13,270 nt of DNA from Nanopusillaceae archaeon (GTDB lineage: Archaea; Nanobdellota; Nanobdellia; Nanobdellales; Nanobdellaceae): positions 1-13,270 of the forward strand of contig JBMFJL010000010.1 of NCBI GenBank assembly GCA_049973735.1, written 5' to 3'. A model generated the notes under the pieces. The model was not told the DNA's origin, did not search any database, and was given only the letters and a program-made list of their open reading frames with translations. Below, piece by piece: positions 1-7,475 of the stretch. The position numbers were made by a program, and so were the translations under genes. Position 1 is the first letter of the stretch. Each line of letters opens with the position of its first letter.

Positions 1-2
1 CA

Positions 3-227
3 CCTGTAAAAAATGTTTATAAAAAACTCAAGTATTTTTTATTATTTGGTATTATCGCTTTTTTAATAAATATAATTAGATTGATATCTGTATTTTATTT
101 ATTTTACTATTATAATTTGGATGCTTATTTTATACATGATGTTCTTTGGGAAATATTAGTTACACTGATTATTATAATACTTTGGCTTATATTTTTATTA
201 AAAAACAAAAAAGATTTACTCTTTTAA
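3..227 (+). CDS. 3' end of a gene entering from upstream of the window; C-terminal ~74 codons of a hydrophobic (membrane) protein, family not recognised
   Basis: Frame 3 is open from the window edge to TAA at 225-227, giving 74 sense codons, which is a long run for DNA this AT-rich. The translation PVKNVYKKLKYFLLFGIIAFLINIIRLISVFYLFYYYNLDAYFIHDVLWEILVTLIIIILWLIFLLKNKKDLLF contains two hydrophobic helix-like segments. It is absent from the ORF track because no start lies inside the window. It overlaps the convergent 216..473 ORF by 12 nt. Confidence 0.35.
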   Translation, partial: PVKNVYKKLKYFLLFGIIAFLINIIRLISVFYLFYYYNLDAYFIHDVLWEILVTLIIIILWLIFLLKNKKDLLF

Positions 228-473
228 TTTATCTAGAATACTTTTTATTTCCTTATAGAAGTTTTCATCAATCTTTTCAATAAAAATTATTTTATCTTTT
301 TTTATATAAAATCTAACATAATCTCCTTCTCTTAATTCATTCATTTCTACTGTTTTGTCGAATGAGTATTCTTTTCCATTAATATCAAAATAGATTTTAT
401 CCTTAGTAACTTTCTTTACTCTACAATAAATTATACCTTCACTCATATAATTTATATCCTCGTACATAATCAT
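216..473 (-). CDS. hypothetical small protein (85 aa), last gene of the polD-dph5 string
   Basis: ORF-track ORF. Its ATG lies 4 nt downstream of the stop of the preceding same-strand gene (478..1275), suggesting co-transcription. The composition is K/E/I/Y-rich like its neighbours. No family motif recognised. The C-terminus is ...LDKLKE, with no Gly-Gly. Confidence 0.5.
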   Translation of the reverse strand: MIMYEDINYMSEGIIYCRVKKVTKDKIYFDINGKEYSFDKTVEMNELREGDYVRFYIKKDKIIFIEKIDENFYKEIKSILDKLKE

Positions 474-477
474 CTCT

Positions 478-1275
478 TTATAGATAAACTTCTATAAATG
501 CTGCTACAAATAACATAAACACGGATAATATAAATAACGCTAATGCATCTGAAATTACCCTTTCCAAAACTTTTCTTGGTAATCCTTTTATGAAGGCTAT
601 GGACAATATACTACCGGACAGAGCTGCTAGAAAATAAGCTAAAAATTCGAGTATTCCGTGTGGTAACAATAAGAATAATTTGTACAATGGATATATTATA
701 TATTTGAATAATAAATTGCTAGATTCTATTCCACTAGCTTCGATACCTAAAAATACACCAATTATCGATGCGTTCCACAATAGTAAATATATTGCACCCG
801 CTCCATATATGATAGAAAATAAAAAGAATAAAACTAAAACAACTAAATTATTTAATATAATATAGGAAAACAAATTATTTGTATTTATGGCATTTCCATA
901 GGACAAAACACTGACATGTTCTTTTATATCATTTATTGCCTGTAATTGTAAGAAAAATAAATTATTATTTATTAGATAAGCAATATAGAATGCAAATATT
1001 GATGAGAACAAAATAACAAAAGAATATATTATAAAATCTTTATATCTAAATAATATATTTTCATCTTTATGTATTCTTTCTGCTATTTTTTCATCTTTCT
1101 CAATTATCTTTGTATATATTTGTACTAATGGAATCATTGAAAGAGCAATTATAAGTATTCCACCTTCAAATTGCGCCCTCACCGATAAAAATGTCGATAC
1201 TAGTATAGAGGATATTGTTATTATAGAAATGACCAAATATTTATTCTTTACCTTACTTATTAAGATGTCATACAT
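478..1275 (-). CDS. integral membrane protein, SpoIIM / DUF95-like
   Basis: 265 aa with multiple hydrophobic helices. The segments NNLVVLVLFFLFSIIYGAGAIYLLLWNASIIGVFLG and LLLPHGILEFLAYFLAALSGSIL resemble my recollection of the conserved N..GxxxG and PHGxxE(L/I)xA motifs of the stage II sporulation protein M / DUF95 family, which is widespread in archaea. The start overlaps the dph5 3' end by 16 nt. Confidence 0.55.
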   Translation of the reverse strand: MYDILISKVKNKYLVISIITISSILVSTFLSVRAQFEGGILIIALSMIPLVQIYTKIIEKDEKIAERIHKDENILFRYKDFIIYSFVILFSSIFAFYIAYLINNNLFFLQLQAINDIKEHVSVLSYGNAINTNNLFSYIILNNLVVLVLFFLFSIIYGAGAIYLLLWNASIIGVFLGIEASGIESSNLLFKYIIYPLYKLFLLLPHGILEFLAYFLAALSGSILSIAFIKGLPRKVLERVISDALALFILSVFMLFVAAFIEVYL

Positions 1276-1997
1276 AATAAGAATTCTTCCTCTATTTTAT
1301 TTAAATTTGACGGCACTATTATACATATTGGTGGCTCAATTTCTAAATTAAGTAATTCTCCTATTTCTTTGTAATATATTCTTTCATTTTTTCTACCCAA
1401 ATTAGAACAAACAATTACTTTTGTTTTTTCATTGAACATTTTTTCCTTTTTTTTATCAATTTCTAATAGTCTAGTTAAAGCTTCCTTATGCGATAAAAAT
1501 CTTTTATTTACAGGATCTAAATCTAACAATATTAATGTATGTAATCCACTTTTATAATTTGTCATGAGACTATCATAAAATTCTTCAGAATAATGAAAAG
1601 ATATAGAAACTGTTTTTCCGAATTTATACAAAAACAAACCTGTTCTTCCAATTTCATCAAAAATAGAAGATGAACTAATTATTTTATATTTTATTCTATT
1701 TTCTTTACATAATTTTATGAAATAAAAGTGTGTAGTTGCAAATAAAGGATTTCCAGATACTATTAAAACTATCTTCTTATTTTTATTCTCCAGTATTATT
1801 TTCTCCAATCTATTTTCTACAAATTCTCTATCAACTATCTCTATATCCTCTCTTATATTTTTTAAATAATCAATAATTTCTTCATCGAAAAAATTTGTAT
1901 AATATTCTAAATAAACTAGATCTGCATCTTTTAATTCTTCTAATAGACCTATAGGAATTTCATCTACATTTTGTCCAACGCCGGATAATACAAACAT
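1260..1997 (-). CDS. dph5: diphthine synthase (EF-2 diphthamide biosynthesis methyltransferase, tetrapyrrole-methylase fold)
   Basis: The 245-aa product carries family-typical blocks: N-terminal MFVLSGVG..., DLVYLEYYTN, VSGNPLFATTH, SSSSIF, GLFLYKFGKTVSISF. Its ATG (1997-1995) shares one nucleotide with the TAA of the upstream DP2 gene (TAATG overlap). Confidence 0.85.
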   Translation of the reverse strand: MFVLSGVGQNVDEIPIGLLEELKDADLVYLEYYTNFFDEEIIDYLKNIREDIEIVDREFVENRLEKIILENKNKKIVLIVSGNPLFATTHFYFIKLCKENRIKYKIISSSSIFDEIGRTGLFLYKFGKTVSISFHYSEEFYDSLMTNYKSGLHTLILLDLDPVNKRFLSHKEALTRLLEIDKKKEKMFNEKTKVIVCSNLGRKNERIYYKEIGELLNLEIEPPICIIVPSNLNKIEEEFLLCMTS

Positions 1998-4900
1998 TAT
2001 ATTTTGAAGAATTCTTTTATGGATTTTTCCTTTGACATGTTTCCAAAAGTCTGATCTATCTTTTCTTTTAATGCTCTTAAGCTTGATAATGTATAACTAT
2101 CTAATTTTAATTTTTCTGATAACCATAAACTTGGCTCCAAATATTTTGTTATAGATCCATAAGAGACTGTAAATACGATTCTACCACCACAATTCTCACA
2201 TTTTCCAGACAAAGGAATTCTTCTATATTTTGTATTACACTTTACACATCTAAATTCTTGTTCAAAGAACCTACTTAAGTTTCCTTTTATATCTCTCATG
2301 AAATGCAAATTTATTACTAGACTTGCTACTGATGATGGATCTGCAGATCTAAGTAATTTTGCAACCTTTATTTCATAATTTAATTTTTCTAGCATCTCTC
2401 CCAAAGATTTATATGCAGATACTTTGTTTCCTTCTTTACTTATAGAGTCTATATCATGCAAGAAACCCCAATTAGTATATTCGTCTGGTTTTCCTATCTT
2501 ATCTTTGAATACTTTTATTTTAACTTTATCGGGTGGAGTATAGTTTAACGTTGCTTCATAGAATTCTAAGGGATAATTCCAAACTACATCATACTTATGT
2601 ACTTCATCATCTACTTCCATACCCCTTAATTTTATTGTTATAGTTAATGGTGCATCCATTGTTCCTCCCCTCTTCTTTGGCAAATATTCCTTAGAAAAAT
2701 TCAGCAAAGCATCTAATAATAACATTAGACCTCCTTCATCTCCATCACAATTTCTTCTTATACCTGCATGCATTAAAGGATGCATCAACAATGCTTGAGT
2801 TCTACTAAATCCTATAATTCTACCTACAACCCCTGCAGAGGTATGTGGGGCCAATACTATTATTAAATGTCCTACTAAATCCTCTGGTTTATTTACATTA
2901 TAATACCTTGGTAAATTGTAAAATCTTTCAAGTTCTTCATCGATAAATCTTGTTGCATTAATTAAACTGATCAAAAAACCATCCTTTTTTATTTTTCCAC
3001 CCTTTTTTAATGGACCTATTGTTGGCAAAATTACATCTTGAGGTTTTAATTCAAGTATTTGATCTTCACTTTCAAGTGGATTTCCATAAATATCATGTGT
3101 ATATCCCATTTCCCTCAATTTTTCTATAGAAACATATACTAAATCCTTGGGTTTAAAGTATGTTATAGGAACCTCTATTGCATCAAATCTTATAGTACCA
3201 TCCCTAAAGACAAACAATCCATACTTTGCTCTTAATATACCTTTCTCTAACCTTTCTGGCTGTTTAGTACCTGAAGATAATCCAACTGGTCCCTTTATTA
3301 CTTTGGGTAATTGTGAAGGATCTAAACCTAAGTTTTTTAATGAACTTTCAATATATTCTTTTACATTTATAGGCATTTTTATATAGGGTTTTTCTCCCGT
3401 TCCTTTAAATTCAGTATCAGATCCGCAAAATATACATTTTCTATATGGAACTTCTTTTTTACAATTTGGACAATAATAATGTTTTAATTCTGCTCTTATA
3501 ATACCTGAAGTATTCATTGCTTCTAAAAGATTCCTCATTCTACCCCCTTCCTTACCTACTGGAAAGAGTACCATGACAGAACCTTTCATCTCTCTTATTT
3601 TTGCTTTTTCTGGTCTTCCCATCCTTAACCCTACATAAGTTCCAACTTTATCTCTTACTTTTACCAATGATATTTTGTTTATTAATTCGTAGCCATTTTT
3701 TTCATTATTTATTTCGGGTATTTTTTCAAAATATCCAAGTTGTATATATATAGAAGCAGAATGAGGATATTCTATAATTATATCTCCATTTTCTAACTTG
3801 TGCAATATTAACAATTCTTCTAATATTCTCTTTAAATTATCATCATATCTTATTTTTATTTTATTTGCTATTTTAAAGATAGTATCTCCTATTCTAATTT
3901 CTTTATATTCTATCTCCGAATTATCCTTCAAATATTTTATTAAATAGATAAAATCGTCTTTAGAGATATCTTTCCAAAAGTATAGATATTCTGGATGTAA
4001 AGGTACATCGAGCAGATAAGATATTTTTAGTGCTTCTACAAAATCTGGTTTATATTTTAATGGTTCTCTTATATATTTTTCCAATTTTTCCTTTTCAATT
4101 CCTAAGTAATCAGACAAATTTTCTATTCCTACTATTTCAAACAATTTCCTAGGTTTAGTTTGATCAAACTTAACTTCAAACTCCTTTATTTTTTCATTTG
4201 CCTTTTTTTCAAATTCCAATATCCACCATTCTTCACAATAACCTGCAGGAACTAGTATATGACCACTATCTAGAAAATCTCCATAACTAAATAGTATATC
4301 TCCTAAAAATAGTATTTTATCTATTAGATTTTTTTCAACCAATTCTCTTGCCAGCTTTTCGTTATCTACCTTTATTACAGATCCGTCTTTCAATTTTACT
4401 ACTGGCGGTTCTAATGTATCTGAAAATGTTATTGCAGAGGCCTTACCAGGTCTTTCAACTACTACCTGAGTACCCCAAGCTAAAAATCCATATGTTAAAA
4501 TAGAAACTGCTGGATGTATTGATGAAGAATCATGACCATTTGTCCTTGATTTTCCATATCTCAATCTAAATCCTCCTTTAGCAGATGGTAAAGCAAATAT
4601 TGGTCTTCCAGCTGTTAATTGTGCTAGATACTTTGCATTTGGTTTTATAGCTTCTTCAGAAGCAGATGAAGAAGAGTATATTTTTTCCTTTAATTTTTTA
4701 TAATCTTCTATCCATTTCCAATCTTCCAAATTAAATTCTTTAGCTATTGGTGATAAATTTTTCCATATTTTTTCTGCTTTTTGACATAAACCTTCTGCTA
4801 TTACCAGTATAGCACCACCTCTTATGTAATTAGTTTCTACTCTTGGCAAATCTTTATATGAAGATACTTCTACATGTATTGTTGGTTCTCCAGTTACTTC

Positions 4901-5557
4901 AACTGGTAAATTTTTTATTATAAACTCTATTTCCTCCCTAGTTGGAGTATATTGTAAATGTGCATTTCTTTTATAATCATATGTCTCTACTATATATCTA
5001 CCGATTTCGTTCTCATCAGGATCCCATCTATCATAACCAAATTTTTTCCTTAAATAATCTGCAATAACTACAGAAAATGCTTGTGGGGTACCACCTGCGG
5101 ATCTAACTGGTCCTGCGTAATAAACTGCAATATATTCTTTTCCATCCCTTCTTTTTTTAGCTAAAACTTTTATTATCCCTTCTGTTGATGCTGCAACTAC
5201 TCCTAAAGTATGATATGTGAAACCCGCCCTAAGACCTAAATCTATAGATCTAATTTTATCCCTAGTTTTCTTATATATTTCTTCAGAGACATAATCTGCA
5301 ATTTTAAGTACTGTTGATATTGTCAGAACACCATACTTAGATTCAAATTCTCTTATTTTGGTTGGTAAATCTATTTCAGTTATTATAGGATCTATATTTT
5401 TTAATAAGTTTACAACCCTTTCAGACATATCTGATGATATAGGTATTTCGACATCATCAGTAGGATCTAGTTTCAATGATCTTGCCTTCTTGGCAATTTC
5501 ATAAGCTTCCAAAACCTTTTTTCTTATATGCTCAAAATAACTATCTATATCATTCAT
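1997..5557 (-). CDS. polC: DNA polymerase II (family D) large catalytic subunit DP2
   Basis: The 1186-aa ORF has hallmark DP2 blocks: RSAGGTPQAFS, GKSRTNG, LMHPLMHAGIRRNCDGDEGGLMLLLDALLNFS. It has two CxxC...CxxC zinc modules (YYCPNCKKEVPYRKCIFCGS; FRCVKCNTKYRRIPLSGKCENCGG). The length and continuity argue against an intein. Confidence 0.95.
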   Translation of the reverse strand: MNDIDSYFEHIRKKVLEAYEIAKKARSLKLDPTDDVEIPISSDMSERVVNLLKNIDPIITEIDLPTKIREFESKYGVLTISTVLKIADYVSEEIYKKTRDKIRSIDLGLRAGFTYHTLGVVAASTEGIIKVLAKKRRDGKEYIAVYYAGPVRSAGGTPQAFSVVIADYLRKKFGYDRWDPDENEIGRYIVETYDYKRNAHLQYTPTREEIEFIIKNLPVEVTGEPTIHVEVSSYKDLPRVETNYIRGGAILVIAEGLCQKAEKIWKNLSPIAKEFNLEDWKWIEDYKKLKEKIYSSSSASEEAIKPNAKYLAQLTAGRPIFALPSAKGGFRLRYGKSRTNGHDSSSIHPAVSILTYGFLAWGTQVVVERPGKASAITFSDTLEPPVVKLKDGSVIKVDNEKLARELVEKNLIDKILFLGDILFSYGDFLDSGHILVPAGYCEEWWILEFEKKANEKIKEFEVKFDQTKPRKLFEIVGIENLSDYLGIEKEKLEKYIREPLKYKPDFVEALKISYLLDVPLHPEYLYFWKDISKDDFIYLIKYLKDNSEIEYKEIRIGDTIFKIANKIKIRYDDNLKRILEELLILHKLENGDIIIEYPHSASIYIQLGYFEKIPEINNEKNGYELINKISLVKVRDKVGTYVGLRMGRPEKAKIREMKGSVMVLFPVGKEGGRMRNLLEAMNTSGIIRAELKHYYCPNCKKEVPYRKCIFCGSDTEFKGTGEKPYIKMPINVKEYIESSLKNLGLDPSQLPKVIKGPVGLSSGTKQPERLEKGILRAKYGLFVFRDGTIRFDAIEVPITYFKPKDLVYVSIEKLREMGYTHDIYGNPLESEDQILELKPQDVILPTIGPLKKGGKIKKDGFLISLINATRFIDEELERFYNLPRYYNVNKPEDLVGHLIIVLAPHTSAGVVGRIIGFSRTQALLMHPLMHAGIRRNCDGDEGGLMLLLDALLNFSKEYLPKKRGGTMDAPLTITIKLRGMEVDDEVHKYDVVWNYPLEFYEATLNYTPPDKVKIKVFKDKIGKPDEYTNWGFLHDIDSISKEGNKVSAYKSLGEMLEKLNYEIKVAKLLRSADPSSVASLVINLHFMRDIKGNLSRFFEQEFRCVKCNTKYRRIPLSGKCENCGGRIVFTVSYGSITKYLEPSLWLSEKLKLDSYTLSSLRALKEKIDQTFGNMSKEKSIKEFFKI

Positions 5558-5583
5558 AAATCTATTATAGTAGACAATATAGT

Positions 5584-5593
5584 TAAATATTTA
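5584..5593. promoter_or_regulatory. palindromic TATA-like element (TAAATATTTA) in the 55-bp divergent polC/hjc intergenic region
   Basis: This 10-bp perfect palindrome is centred about 24.5 nt upstream of the hjc ATG (5613) and about 31.5 nt upstream of the polC ATG (5557). That spacing suits an archaeal TATA box driving leaderless or near-leaderless transcripts in both directions. This is prediction only, because AT-rich motifs are common here. Confidence 0.3.
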
Positions 5594-5612
5594 GACGTAC
5601 TAGTAATAATAA

Positions 5613-5963
5613 ATGGGAAGTAGATATAGAATAGGCTATTATTATGAGAGAAAGGTTAAAGAAATGTTGGAAAATGCCGGTTTTGATGCCTGGAGGACCC
5701 CTGGATCTCACTCTCCAATAGATATTATCGCTGTTAATAAAAAAGGCCATGTTAGACTTATACAAGTTAAAAAAAGTAAAAGAAAATTAAAGTTAGATGA
5801 CTTAGATATATTAGAATTAAAAGAACTTTATGAATTTGCAAAAAAATACAAAGATGTTCAAAATGTAGATATAGAAGTCTGGATATTTAATTCTGATGGA
5901 TTAAAAATATACAACAAAATGGATATATTGAATTCCAAGAAAATTAACTCTTTACTATCATAA
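5613..5963 (+). CDS. hjc: Holliday junction resolvase Hjc-type (PD-(D/E)XK nuclease), with Q-x-K variant motif
   Basis: The 116-aa product aligns by eye with archaeal Hjc: G-x3-ERKVKEMLENAGFDAWRTPGS (E12), PIDIIAV (D37), LIQVKKS (Q51-x-K53). Size and motif order are typical of Hjc. Its 3' end overlaps the convergent methyltransferase gene by 20 nt. Confidence 0.7.
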   Translation: MGSRYRIGYYYERKVKEMLENAGFDAWRTPGSHSPIDIIAVNKKGHVRLIQVKKSKRKLKLDDLDILELKELYEFAKKYKDVQNVDIEVWIFNSDGLKIYNKMDILNSKKINSLLS

Positions 5964-6777
5964 AATATTCGTATGGTATATCAAATTCTTTTATCACTTT
6001 ATACTTTAGTTTATATTCAATAAATCTTTTTATTTTATATCTCCAAGCCAATCCAAGATTTCTTTTTTTCCCTATACTCTTTTGTGGAAATGATAAGATC
6101 AGATAATCAAATTTTAACTTAGATATCAAATCCCTTGGAGCCCTATAATCATATTTTTCCAATAAAGGAAAGGTTTTCCATAAAAAAATATACTGATAAT
6201 GTTCAAATATTTTTTCATCAGGATCCAATAGATCTACGACCCAACCTTTATTTTCTATACCAATCTCACTCAATATTTTATAATTTATATCTAATATATA
6301 TTCCGAAATGTCCACATAATAATATTTTTTAGGTTTCTTTTCTGAAAAATATATGGATATTGGATTTAAACCACAGGCCAAATCCAATATTACCTCTGGA
6401 TCTTCTATGAATACGTTTTGATATATTTGCCTGTAAAAATTTAATCTTTCAGCTGTAGATCTAGTTAATTCTAAAAGATTTATTATTTTTTCTTCTAAAG
6501 AAATTTTTTCATTAAATATTATTTTATTTATCATCTTAACATCTTTTGGCACAAATAGACCGTATATTTCATGCAATAATCTCCTTAAATCCTTAAAAAA
6601 ATAGTAAAAATCTTGATCTTGTTTTATTTCTTTTATATTTTTAGCTTTAATTATTTTATCATATAAATACTTTCTTTTATTTAATTCTTTTTTTATTAAA
6701 TTTTCCAATACCTTATCGGATATATTCCTTAAATCTTTTTTTCTTTTAATTTCTTGTACTATTTCATATATCTCCAT
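5944..6777 (-). CDS. class I SAM-dependent methyltransferase of the ArmA/RmtB/Sgm (Pfam FmrO) 16S rRNA (guanine1405-N7) methyltransferase family
   Basis: The 277-aa product shows, in the same order as my recollection of ArmA/RmtB, the family blocks: RRLLHEIYGLFVP (cf. RLHGICGAYV), LTRSTAERL (cf. HxSTxERL), ILDLACGLNPISIY (cf. LDIACGLNPLALY), FLWKTFPLLEK (cf. FKLLPLLER), LSFPQKSIGKKRNLG (cf. SFPTRSLGGRGKGM). Its ATG lies 19 nt inside the upstream E1-like gene. Confidence 0.7.
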   Translation of the reverse strand: MEIYEIVQEIKRKKDLRNISDKVLENLIKKELNKRKYLYDKIIKAKNIKEIKQDQDFYYFFKDLRRLLHEIYGLFVPKDVKMINKIIFNEKISLEEKIINLLELTRSTAERLNFYRQIYQNVFIEDPEVILDLACGLNPISIYFSEKKPKKYYYVDISEYILDINYKILSEIGIENKGWVVDLLDPDEKIFEHYQYIFLWKTFPLLEKYDYRAPRDLISKLKFDYLILSFPQKSIGKKRNLGLAWRYKIKRFIEYKLKYKVIKEFDIPYEYFMIVKS

Positions 6778-7475
6778 ATTATTTGATAATTTTTATGGAC
6801 ACATATTGGACAATTATAATTTTTTACCTTTATTTCTTCAATGATTGTTTTTCCAGATAGATTTATATGATATAATATACCTTCTCTCTTTCCATTTATA
6901 TAATCTATAAATAGTTTCACCATAAGAGATGATGCAAGAAATAAAATAGTTGGATCTAATCCAGAAAGATTACAAGTTATTACATCTCTCTTACCTTTAA
7001 ATATATCGTAAAAACAAAAATTTTTTGGATTTATTAAACCTACATAACCTTTATTCTCGGCAACCGAACCAAATATATAGGGTTTGTCTAAATATACAGA
7101 ATACTCATTTAACAGATATTTTGTTTCTATATTATCTACAGCATCAAAAAATATATCTGTATTAAAAATATTTTCATTTATTTCTTTATATTTTTCTATT
7201 ATTATATCATCTCTTATATTTTTGATTCTATCTTCTAGGGCATCTATTTTTAATTTTCCAACATCTTTTATTGTATAATTTTGTCTATTTAGGTTTTTTT
7301 CTTCTACAACATCTGGATCTACAATTATCAATTTTTTTACACCTATCCTAGCTAATATCTCTGCAACCCATGATCCTAATCCTCCAACTCCAATTATTGT
7401 TGCAGAGGAGTTTAATATCTTATAATTTAAATTTTTAAAAAATAAAAATTGCGATATATACCTTGAATTATCCAT
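6759..7475 (-). CDS. ThiF/MoeB/HesA-family E1-like adenylyltransferase (UbaA-like)
   Basis: 238 aa with an N-terminal SRYISQ (cf. RYSRQ) and the nucleotide-binding loop IIGVGGLGSWVAEILARIGVKKLIIVDPDVVEEKNLNRQ. The block ITCNLSGLDPTILFLASSLMVKLFIDYING aligns with the MoeB TCxEAGVxxPxxGxxGxxQAxEAIK block. A C-terminal CPIC is present. Its ATG overlaps the cdc48 3' end by 8 nt. Confidence 0.8.
   Translation of the reverse strand: MDNSRYISQFLFFKNLNYKILNSSATIIGVGGLGSWVAEILARIGVKKLIIVDPDVVEEKNLNRQNYTIKDVGKLKIDALEDRIKNIRDDIIIEKYKEINENIFNTDIFFDAVDNIETKYLLNEYSVYLDKPYIFGSVAENKGYVGLINPKNFCFYDIFKGKRDVITCNLSGLDPTILFLASSLMVKLFIDYINGKREGILYHINLSGKTIIEEIKVKNYNCPICVHKNYQIIWRYMK

Noticed and set aside
216-473. 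The 85-aa ORF, or the 110-aa PRC-barrel ORF, as the missing ubiquitin-like/SAMP partner of the E1-like enzyme
   Set aside because: Neither ends in the Gly-Gly required for E1 adenylation (the ends are ...KLKE and ...EKIK). Neither is adjacent to the E1-like gene.
680-865. 61-aa plus-strand ORF from the ORF track
   Set aside because: It lies entirely antisense to the well-supported SpoIIM/DUF95-like membrane gene. The translation is low-complexity and N/K/I-rich, as expected from the reverse frame of AT-rich coding DNA, and shows no motif.
3147-3386. 79-aa plus-strand ORF
   Set aside because: It lies antisense inside the DP2 polymerase gene, whose frame is unambiguous. There are no start context, promoter space or recognisable motifs.
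1997-5557. Intein or split architecture in the DP2 polymerase gene
   Set aside because: The 1186-aa length is normal for an intein-free DP2. Conserved blocks run continuously, with no inserted region bearing Cys/Ser...HN splice-junction features.
5583-5765. 60-aa minus-strand ORF
   Set aside because: It overlaps the hjc coding frame and the divergent promoter spacer. The Hjc frame has clear family motifs and this one has none.
6135-6332. 65-aa plus-strand ORF
   Set aside because: It lies antisense within the FmrO-like methyltransferase gene and is a shadow ORF.
7084-7278. 64-aa plus-strand ORF
   Set aside because: It lies antisense within the E1-like gene and is a shadow ORF with S/I/F-rich low complexity.
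6759-7475. E1-like gene plus methyltransferase as a microcin C / pantocin-type peptide-modification cassette (MccB/PaaA-like ThiF enzymes)
   Set aside because: The protein lacks the N-terminal peptide-clamp extension of MccB-type enzymes. No short precursor-peptide ORF or exporter is present. The neighbouring methyltransferase matches the rRNA FmrO family rather than MccD-type enzymes.
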